A stretch of DNA of 64,000 nucleotides from Octopus sinensis (taxonomy: Eukaryota), in assembly GCF_006345805.1 (NCBI RefSeq), contig NC_043004.1, positions 8,742,001 to 8,806,000 on the forward strand, read 5' to 3'. This document shows, in pieces, positions 49,491 through 59,810 of this stretch. Under the pieces are notes generated by a model. The model ran no database searches. It had not been told where the DNA came from and was given only the letters and a program-made list of their open reading frames with translations. Numbering within the stretch: position 1 is the stretch's first letter; the number at the start of each line of letters is the position of its first letter. Position numbers and translations under genes: made by a program.

Positions 49491-50808
49491 ATGTACTAAA
49501 AATACCATAATCTAGGATGCTTATAACTGTCTCCTAAAAGAGAGTTTCAAAACTTCTGGAATTCACCTTGTATGATGGATGGCTGGGTGGCTGGGCATAG
49601 GTGTGTGTGTGTGTTTGCAAAAGAAAAGATTGCACTGGTTTGATGCATATGAATGAGGACAGCTTCATAAAAAAAGTGTCAGTTACTTAAAGTGGATGGA
49701 GCTTGTGAAGGAGGGGGGTGGGCTCAGAAAAAACATGGATCTCAAGATACTGAGCCTCCCCACTGAGGTGATGATAAATGAGTGATTTGCTGTGCTTAAC
49801 AAGACATGTCCACCACAACAAAAAGGATGTCCTAAAAGCATTCTGGTTATACTTGTAACTCATTCTGCTCTGTCAAGGATTCTCATTCTCCTAACACTTA
49901 TCCCTCCATCACTCCTCTATCTATGGTACTACTCCGCAGCTGTAATCACTTGAGAACAAAAGTGTCACATATTACTCTCCCCTCTTCTTCATGTTATCAG
50001 TCCCCCCCGCTCCACTGGAACCTTCCAGTCCCCATTCTCCTTTCCAACACTATTTTCACCAATCGGTGCCTTCAGTTATCTCTCCATTTTAATGCCTCAC
50101 ATATCTACCCTTATTCTCAGTTCCCTCTCATATCCACCCTCATCTCCCCACTCACTTCGTCTCCCTCCCCACTGCTCCTTCACCCCCCGCCCCTGAGCTA
50201 TCCTCCTTCCTGAGTCATTTCTGTTTCTCTTACCTGATACCTTCTCCTTAATGATATTTCTTATCAACCACACCTCCATCCTTGTTCATCGCTCACTCCA
50301 TTCACCTCCAGTCCCCCTCTCTAACGATGTTACTCCCCTGTTACATTCTTATGAAACTACCCCCTCTTGACTCCTGATCCACAGTCTGTATCTGCTTGTA
50401 TGCTCGCCCTCTTGTACCTGGAGAGTTTCTTCTCGCTCCCCATCACTACCTTCCTTTTATCTTCTTCCCAGTTACACCCACCCCCTCATATAATGTCGGG
50501 TAGCCCCACATCTCCTCTATGACCAGACACCTGTGTTTGTCCCTCTCTCCTACTTCAGCCTCTCAGCATCTGGCCTAAAGCCATATCTTTCCTCTGTTGA
50601 ATTCTTTTTCTTTTCTTGTCTTGCAAGTTACTGGGTAACCCCAATAGTGCCAGTGGACTGAAAATCAGCACCCACTTCACACTGTAAAGTGGTTGGCATT
50701 AGGAAGGGGGTCTAGCCGTCTTTGTGGCCTCATGCAACCCATTGAGTCCTCTCAAACCATCCAACTCATTCCAGCATGTAAAACAGGCATTAATTGGTGA
50801 TGAATTAA

Positions 50809-51161
50809 TCTATAATATAAATCGGACATGGGTGATTGTTGTATTCTTTCTTGTCTTGAGGTTCACAGCCAAACGGCTGCGTGGATTCACATGAAAAATG
50901 GCACACATGTGGAGACTGGTGCATAGATTGGAATGCAGTTTGTATTTTTTTCCTAACCCCCACACTTACTGAGAAAATCGATCTGAAGCTGTTTTCTGAC
51001 TGGGGTGGAGTCAGGAAATTTTCATACAGCTGGAAGCTCCAATCGAAACAGGGGACCCGAAATGATCAGGTTGAGAAACGCTGTTATAGATTATGCCTAA
51101 CCGAAAACGATCACAGCCACATCATCCAAACAGACCGGGTGAAACCGGGCTTAGCTGCTGG
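50809..51161 (+). mobile_element. Non-autonomous Helitron
   Basis: A|TCTATAATATAAA 5' end, CCGG-GTGAAA-CCGG subterminal hairpin, CTGG|T 3' end. Confidence 0.7.
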
Positions 51162-51210
51162 TTACTATATAAAGTAATTATCCTCAATGTATTTTATTCT
51201 TGTATTTCAG

Positions 51211-51311
51211 CTTGATCAGCCCCATCATGTCTGATGATGAAGAAGCGCCTCCTGATCTTGTCCCCGCAGATATTGTTAAGGTCCCTATAACAATCATCAC
51301 AGGATTTTTAG
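51211..51311 (+). CDS. ZNG1: ZNG1 first coding exon (16 nt of 5'UTR then ATG at 51227)
   Basis: Polypyrimidine/tttcag acceptor ends at 51210 and the donor is gtaagc, so an upstream non-coding exon is implied. Confidence 0.88.
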
Positions 51312-53358
51312 GTAAGCTTTACTGGATTCTGAGGTTTTAACACCCTTTACTTATTTTGCACCCTTTCCACATACATTTTCTCTCCATCGAATATAGCCAA
51401 GGGTGGGATGCAGTGGGATGGTTCTCCCTGAGTGACAGTTTTAGCTAGGCTGCTTAAAACTCTATAGCATTGAGGCCAGGTTTGGGGTGGAGAAAGCAAA
51501 CTCAAGGGCTGCCTCAAGCAGCACTTTTAGTTTGTGTTATATAAGATTGTTTTGGCCCAGGGGTGAGTGATAAACTCGAAGCTTTCTTGGGCAACACACA
51601 CCCTGGCTTTACCACTGTTTGTGCTCTGGTTTTCATGCTACTTTACTGTTGCAGGATTTCATTGTAAAGATATTTTATGTAATTAACAAATATATTACAT
51701 AATTAATTGATATATTTTCTAATCAACAGGTGCCGGTAAAACAACATTATTGAATTATATCTTGTCGGAAAACCATGGGAAACGAATTGCTGTAATTTTG
51801 AATGAATTTGGAGAAGGTAATTAATTTGAATTGTGTTCCTGCCATGGCAGGATTTCATTGTAAAGATTTGTTATGGAATCAACTAATAACTAATTGTGAG
51901 GTTTTATTAAAACACCAGGCCATGTGGAGGCTTGTATATGGTTGTTTGAATTGCTAAAAACAACAGCCAGATCCTTCTCAAATTATACTCTTTCTTTTTT
52001 CATTCTGTTCTGCATTGTACTACATATAAATCTGTCCCTTTTCTTTTATCTTTCCTTTTACTGGTTTCATTCATTGGACTGTGGCCATGCTGGGGCACCA
52101 CCCTGAAAGGTTTTAGTTGGATAAATCAACCCAGTACTTATATTTAAAGCCTGGTGCTTACTCTATTAGTCTTGTTTGCTGAACCACTAAGTTATGGGGA
52201 TATAAAAAGTGGTGGTGGTAGAGACAAACAAAAACAAAGACACACACACACATAAGTCCTGTCTACCAAATTCACTCACATTGATTGGCTTAGGGCTAAA
52301 GGATAAAACACTTGGCCAAGGTACTGCGCAGTGGGACTGAACCTGAAATCTTGAGGTTGTAAAGCAAGTGTCTTCCAGTTGCATATTGGTTGGTTTTTAG
52401 TCTACCCCCTATTCAATTCTTCTCTATTTCTTGAGAAATGGATTTTGTGAGTGGTCCTTAATAACCCTTCCCACAATGTAATGTAAGAGAGAGAGAGAGT
52501 GAGAATCCCCACCAGTATTTGATTATGGTATTTATTGATTTTAGAAGGATAAAAATCAAATCTTGGCAGGATTTGAACTCAGAATGGAAACAAGAGGAAG
52601 CAGTGTTGGGAGGTGTCCTACCCACTACTCTACCGATTTCACCAATCTGCTGTCTAAGAACTATTCTTGACTGTCTCACACAAACAAATTGGATCTAATG
52701 GACCTTTGTTTGATTATTCGGTGGGAATAGGAGGGGATGGTCATGGCATGAATGGCCTTGATCATTCATTTGTTTACTCACCCATCTATAATAACCATCA
52801 TCATCATCATTTAATGTTCTTCATCCATGCTGGCTTGGCTTGGACGGTTTGACAGGAGCTGGCAAGCCAGGGTATTGCACCAACCTCTGCAGGATGTTTA
52901 CAGTTGGATGCCCTTCCTAATGCCATCCCTTCACAGAATGTACTGGATGCTTTTTACACAAACTCAGTTTTGCTTCTGCTCAATTTCTCTACCAAAGTAT
53001 TGATCCACCTGGGTTTATACTCGAAGAAGACACCTGACATTAGGAAAATGAGTCCAAAAAGCCACATGGTTGCAAAACAAATTCCTTAACCACATGGCTT
53101 TGCCTGCTTTCTATGTTTTCATTAGCATTGCTAATGTTTAACTCTTAATTAATTTACAGATATAACATAATGATTCATTCTACTTAGGTTAGTCTTTTAC
53201 TTGTTTCAGTCATTTGACTGTGGCCATGCTGGGGCACTGCCTTTAGTCGAGCAAAGCCTAGTACTTATTCTTTCGGTCTCTTTTGCCGAACCACTAAGTT
53301 ACGGGGACATGAACACACCAACATCGGTTGTCAAACGATGGTAGGGGGACAAACACAG

Positions 53359-53389
<31 letters not shown>

Positions 53390-56300
53390 CATATACGACG
53401 GGCTTCTTTCAGTTTCTGTCTACCAAATCCAATCACAAGGCTTTGGTCGGCCCAAGGCTTTAGTAGAAGACACTTGGCCAAGGTGCCACGCAGGGAGACT
53501 GAACCCAGAACCATGTTGTTGGTAAGCAATCTGGGAAAGTTTTAGTCTGATCAAGTCATCCACAAAATAAATATTGCCCTCGCTTGCTTGTATAAATGCA
53601 CAGCTATTATTGTCCTGACTGATGGTGGCATTACGATGATATTATGAAATCAAAAAGTGTATTTCTTAAATGCCAAATCCAGACTTCTTCCAAAATGGTT
53701 CACTTGATTCTTTCTGTTCAAATATTCTGTCTTTGTTTCAATTGATTTTCAAAATAATAAAGAATTTACTCAAATAATTTTTGTCATTGTTCAGCTGGTG
53801 TTTGGAACAGAAATTTATATGGAAGGTTTTTTGGCTCCAGGTTCCTCATTCCCTGAGATAATTCTTACAACAATGGTCTTCTGTGAAGGACAATAACTTA
53901 TAGAACATTTTCTCAGTTCCTCTAAGCAGACCATTTCTGCTACAGTCTCACCTGCTTTAAATTACATAAAGCATAGAACCGAGGTTAACATAGTCACTAC
54001 CTTTACCTTTATTCATCAAAGAATATGGCATCTGTGATTTCTCTGTCTTAATTAAATACTGAAGTTGCTGTTGTTTAACCCTGGGTTAATTCTTATCCAG
54101 CGATCAAAGACATATAATCAAAAATATTTCAAACCTGACTCTCATTTTTTATTTAATTTCGTTTTTTATTTTTCTTGTAGAAATACATTTTTCAGTATCT
54201 TTTTTTTTTTGTTGCTAAAATCAGGGAGATTGGGCTTCTAGTTTCTTATTAAAATGGAATATAGCATATTGTTTATAATTTATTTCATTATATCATCTCA
54301 TATCACATAAAAAGCACCATTTTTTGTGTGGTCAATGCCAGTACTGCTTGACTGGTCCCTGCAAAAAGCACCCACTACACTCTTGGAGTGGTTGGCGTTA
54401 GGAAGGGCATCCAGCTGTAGAAACCTTGCCAGATCAGATTAGAGCCTGGTGCAGCCTCCTTGCTCACCAGCCCTCGGTCAAACCGTCCAACCCATGCCAA
54501 CATGGAAAACGGATGTTAAACGATGACGACGATGATGATGATTGTCTAATGTCTGTTTTCCATGCTGGCATGGGTTTAATGTTCTGTCCAGATGCAGGCC
54601 TGGCTGTGTGGTTACTCAGCTTGCTTTGCAACTATGTGGTTTTGGGTTCAATATCACCTTGAGCATATTTCTTCTACTGTGACCACAAGGTGGGCGATTT
54701 CTGAGAATGAAGTTGGTAGATGGAAACTGTGGAAGCTCGTATGTATGTATGTTTGTGTGTTTGTTTGCCTTATCCCTTGACAACTGGTATTGGTATGTTT
54801 ACATCCCTGTAACTTAGGGGTTCAGCAAAAGGGATCAATAGACGAATAAGTACCAAACTTTAAAAAGTGAGTGCTGGAATTAGTTTGACTAAAACTCCAG
54901 CATGGCCGCAGTCTGATGACTGAAAAAAGTAGAAAAAAATGTGGAAAAATTTATATAAATATAACATAGTGTGGCAATAAAAGGCTTCTATCTGCTCACT
55001 GAAGCTGCTAAAAATAATAGTTACATCTATCTCAAATCATTCACAGTCTCTCCCTTGATTAAAGATGACCTGCAACAACAAAAACAACAACATACTTTAA
55101 ATCTATGACATTCACTGGTTGTATGTCTAGAAAAAAGAAAGAAAAATTAATCTATGCTGTTGAAAATATTCTCTCTCTATTTCTGCCTGTCTCTCTCTCT
55201 CTCTCTCTGCAGTTCTCTTGCTTGGACAAAGAGACAATCTAGAGACATCTCATGCTTCTTTTCCCTACAAAACACCAATTTATCCAAATTCTCAAATGGC
55301 ACAGAATGTATTGTTGCAATCACAATTTCTTCAGATTTTCATTTTCTTTTACTACTTCTTAGTAAAACTCCTTCTTCTAATCAAAACTCCTTCTCACCCT
55401 TCTTGATGAATCACTTCCCAATCCAAACACCAGAGTCGATAGAATTGACTCCGCAACCCTATCCTAATATCTGTGACTCTCTGCTTATTTGAGAAAATCT
55501 GATATTAAATAATATATCCTCTCATATTATATTGGTGGATTCTGTAGTTGCTTTGATGAATGAGAGTTCTCCAAGTCACAGCTGACCAAAAATGACCATC
55601 ACCCTATGACCAGCTGTGTGCTGGGTCAAAGCTGAAGTCTTCTTGTAGTCTCCTCTAACTGTCTCTGTTGTCCCTTTTCCCTATCACCACAAGAATTGTG
55701 AACAATGTTTGATGGTGTCTTGAACAACCTGCACAGTGAATATTTTTAGAGTGAGAATGGTTTGTGCAGAGCCAGTCCCATTCTCTTGTATTGGTCTGAT
55801 GCAACAAGTGTCATGCGGTCAGTTGTTATCAGGAGGCAGAAGTTGTAAATGAGCAACCGAAAGAGCTGAAGATCCTCATCTACCCTGGGTCTGATGCTAA
55901 TTAACCCATAACTGGGATCCTAGCAGAGTTTATTATTCTGGGTCAGGATAGACCTGGGGCTAAGTGGTGGCTGCACACTCTTCAGAACTCTGAAACTAGG
56001 GCTGCATTTAGGCTCAGGACAACAGATTAGATTAAATGATTAGATTTTATTAGGATTATACTGACCAAAGGACATGTATAAAGTTTTGCCCCTGGACTAA
56101 TGTCAAGTAGTGCAGTATCTGGACAGGAATTTATAATTTCACTTTTTACCAGATTTTGGCTATTTTTATTCTTTTGTTTCAGGAAGTTCCATTGAGAAGT
56201 CTTTGTCAGTTGGTCAGAAGGGGGAATTATTTGAAGAATGGCTGGAATTACGAAATGGATGTTTGTGTTGCTCTGTCAAGTAAGTCATTTTACATATGAT

Positions 56301-57653
56301 CTTGGTGGTGGTGGAGGTGAGGGTTGGGGTGTTGTTGTTTAAACTTGGATTGATCAGACTTATAATTGAAAGCATTCCAGCCATGGCCATCTTGTCTTAT
56401 TAGGAATCTATTGGACTACATTAACTAATTTTCTTGGCACGTAAAAAGCACCATCCGAATGTGGCCGATGCCAGCGCTGCCTTGACTGGCTTCTGTGTCG
56501 GTGGCATGTAAAAAGCACCAACCGATCGTGGCTGTTGCCAGCCTCGTCTGGTACCTGTGCCAGTGGCATTTAAAAAGCACTCACTACACTCACGGAGTGG
56601 TTGGCATTAGGAAAGGTATCCAGCTGTAGAAACACTGCCATCTCAGACTGTAGCCTGGTGCAGCCTCCTGGCTTCCTAGACCCCGGTCGAACCATCCAAC
56701 CCATGCTAGCATGGAAAACGGATGTTAAACGATGATGATGGTGATGAATATGAAGGAATTTTAGCTCATCTTCAGCAAGCCAAATGAACAGGACCTAATG
56801 ATGATATGGATCTGGAGATAACCTCTCTTATGAATGTGTTTGTTAAAAAACACAAAAATATGTCGACAACAAACGAAAATCATTCATCAGTGGAGGTGAG
56901 AATGCTGCATGTGCATTTCTGCCTGATTGAGCTTTGTCAGTAGCATGTACTCACTGACAACCACATGCTAACACAAATGCATCACAACTGATATGGGAAA
57001 ACAGTGATTGAAAAATCGCTGGTGTTGCAGTTAGCTACTCACTTGAGTAAAATTCTGTTATGTGCAATGACTACATGCTACTGACAAAGTGCAATGAGAC
57101 AGAAATGCACATCTGGCATTCTCACTGCTGTTGATGGAGATTTTCCTCTGCTACTGATGTCTTTTTTGTGTTTTAAAACACAGCATGTCCATAAGAGATA
57201 TTATCTCTGGACAAATACTGCAGTTAATTTGCTTTTTCATGTATCTGCATTAAGCATGATACGCAGCTGGCTGTTTTATTCTATTGATACTTCCGTTGCA
57301 TGTAACGGGTATTGCACTACTACTATTACAACTACTACTACTGATGAGGGGTGTGGTGGTGGTGGTAATGCACAATTTGTTTTAGTTATTTTTTAATGCC
57401 ATTGTATTTCTTTTTGTTTTGGTGTTGAACTACTGTTGTGGCCATGATGGAGCACTGACTTGTGGATGTCACTAGTAGCACGTTGTAGCAACAATAACAA
57501 GCATAACAACTACTGCTTCTATAACTGTTATGTTATATAATAATGTTTAAATCTGTTGCAGGGACAGTGGAGTGAAGGCCATAGAAAATCTCATGCTAAA
57601 GAAAGGAAAATTTGACTATATCTTATTAGAGACGACAGGTTTAGCTGATCCAG
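51227..57653 (+). CDS. ZNG1: Zn-regulated GTPase metalloprotein activator 1 (ZNG1/CBWD, COG0523), 5'-part: join(51227-51311,51730-51816,56183-56279,57562-57653), continues beyond window
   Basis: Spliced translation [120 protein letters not shown]. Shows Walker A, the CxCC metal motif, Walker B/ETTG and an N-terminal P-x-LVP motif. No next exon found before 64000. Confidence 0.95.
51730..51816 (+). CDS. ZNG1: ZNG1 coding exon 2 ([10 protein letters not shown]...NEFGE)
   Basis: cag/gtaatt, 87 nt, Walker A. Confidence 0.95.
53165..53535 (-). mobile_element. Family B tRNA-SINE
   Basis: Near full-length reverse copy. Confidence 0.85.
54310..54542 (+). mobile_element. Family A copy
   Basis: Core and tail. 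Confidence 0.8.
56183..56279 (+). CDS. ZNG1: ZNG1 coding exon 3 (GSSIEKS...NGCLCCSVK)
   Basis: tttcag/gtaagt, 97 nt, CxCC motif. Confidence 0.95.
56435..56745 (+). mobile_element. Family A copy
   Basis: Units, core and tail. Confidence 0.85.
56810..57215. mobile_element. Older fold-back element (imperfect ~140-bp arms)
   Basis: gtgagaatgc...tttgtcagtagcatgta (56896-56953) pairs with 57068-57125. The outer gagataa..tctcttatg...aaaacacaaaaa segments also pair. Confidence 0.6.
57562..57653 (+). CDS. ZNG1: ZNG1 coding exon 4 (DSGVKAIEN...ETTGLADP)
   Basis: ttgcag/gtgagt, 92 nt. Confidence 0.95.
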
Positions 57654-58534
57654 GTGAGTAGATTAGCAAGCAGACTGTATTCTTGAAAGATTACCTTTTG
57701 GTGGAACCGACACCTTTAGCTGATCCAGGTGTGTGGTGGGGCACAGGGTTTAGTATAGGGAGTATAGTCTTGCCAGCTGCATTAGTAAATGGTACCATGA
57801 AAAAGTATCCCTGTCATAATGGTTAAGGGTTATGAAAAGCATCCAGCCATGGAAATCAGACACTGGAGTGTTGTGCAGTCCTTGGATATATGTTGGAAAC
57901 TGTCAAACCATCTAACTGACGGAACATGATGATGATGATAGTGTGTGTGTGTGAGCATGTTGGAAAATATTAGCTTGGTTGGAAACAGGTGAGGCTTGGG
58001 GACAAGAAGGACTTCCAGTCATAGGAAATCTGTCTCACTGTACTTTGTCTAACCCATGCAAACATAGAAAAGTGGACGTTAAATGATGATGTTCATGAAT
58101 GTTGATGATTTTATATTTTGTCCACTGAAAGTATATTTAGTAATTAAAATATTAAAGGGTTAAATAATATTCTGGCATGCAGTGAGGAAATTTAATCCCC
58201 CTCTCTCGGAAGGCACAAGCACCTACACACACATATACACATACGGCAGTTGAATTCCGTCTACTAAATTCAATCACAAAGCTTCGGTTGGCCCGGGGCT
58301 ATAGCAGAAGACACTTGCCTAAAGTGCCACGTGGTGGGACTGAACCCGAAGCCATATAGCTGGGAAGCAAGCTTCCTAACCACATGACCAAGTGATAATC
58401 AATGTTATTAATTTTACCATCAAGCAAAGCAAGTGAGAACAACTCCTGACTGATTCAATCTTTATAAGATCAAATGGATACAAATTCATTGCAGAGACAT
58501 TCTCTTATTTCACTAATGAACAAGTAAATAACTC

Positions 58535-58953
58535 TAGTAAAGATTGTTTGCCAACATAACATGGCAGTCCTGGTTTAGGACAAATGTTGCTGTAATTCAG
58601 CCCCAGGAGACATCATCTTCTGCTGGCTATATGATGACACGATCTGTGTCCTTATATTTTCAAACAAGAGAATCTAGCATCCCCACTCAGCTCAAAACAA
58701 TATCTGTGTATTGTGATTTCCGGATTACTTTCCTTCATCAGCACAGAATAATTGGTCTGGAAATAACCTGGAAATCGTGATACACAGATATTGTTTTGAG
58801 CTGAGTTGGGGTGCCAGATTCCCTTGTTTGAAAATATAAGGACACAGATCGTGTCGTACAGCCAACTGGAGACGATGTCTCCTGGGGCTAAATTACAGCA
58901 ACATTAGTCTTAAACCAGGACTGCCATGTTATGTTGGCAAATAATCTTTACTA
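58535..58953. mobile_element. Fold-back MITE, ~185-bp arms, TA-bounded
   Basis: 58535-~58722 is the reverse complement of ~58768-58953 with scattered, mostly transition, mismatches. Confidence 0.8.
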
Positions 58954-59462
58954 CAAAGTACTGTTGCTGAATATCTCTCGTTGTGAGATTTAAAAATGAA
59001 AATTTTAAGAAATAATTTCTTTTTAAAACTTCAAAATTTAGGAAAAATATCGAAAAGTATTCTTTCCTTAGTTTTATTAATCAGACTTGGACGCAAAGGC
59101 AAATATAATTCTGAATAATATTTCTGTTTTTCAAGATGCTCAGAAATGTAATTGTTGGTTTTCTGAAATTTTATGTAGCAAAATCTGTGGTACACCTAGA
59201 TATATAGAAAAATTATGAAATATACCTTTTTCCAGACGCTAAAATATCAGCATAAATTTTCTAATGTCTAAATTATGTTTTTAAAATTTACCGCACCTCA
59301 ATTTACTCCCATTTTTTCGAATATATTTGTTAAATGTCTTAAATTTAGCGAATAAAGGGAAATAAGCCAATCTTCAAAAGCACGAGTTGTTTCCCTTGAA
59401 TACGCCCGTCTTTTCCTTTTCACTATTTTTTTCCTTATTTCCCGTTTAATAATTTATACTCA

Positions 59463-59810
59463 AGAAGGCGGCGAGCTGGTAGAAATGTTAGCACGCCCGT
59501 CGAAATGCTTAGCGGTATTTCGTCTGCCGCTTCGTTCTGAGTTCAAATTCCACCGAGGACGACTTTGCCTTTCATCCTTTCGGGGCCAATTAAATAAGTA
59601 CCAGTTACGCACTAGGGTCGATGTAATCGACTTAATCCGTTTGTCTGGCCTTGTTTGTCCTCTCTGTGTTTAGCCCCTTGTCGGTAGTAAAGAAATAGAT
59701 ATTTTGTCTGCCGTTATGTTCTGAGTTCAAATTCCGCCGAGGTCAACTTTGCCTTTCATCCTTTCGGGGTCGATCTAATCGACTGGCCCCTCCTTCAAAA
59801 TTTCAGGCCT
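59463..59810 (+). mobile_element. Family C SINE followed by partial tandem duplicate
   Basis: CpG-intact copy of the 7429-7647 family. The head segment repeats at ~59700. Confidence 0.82.
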
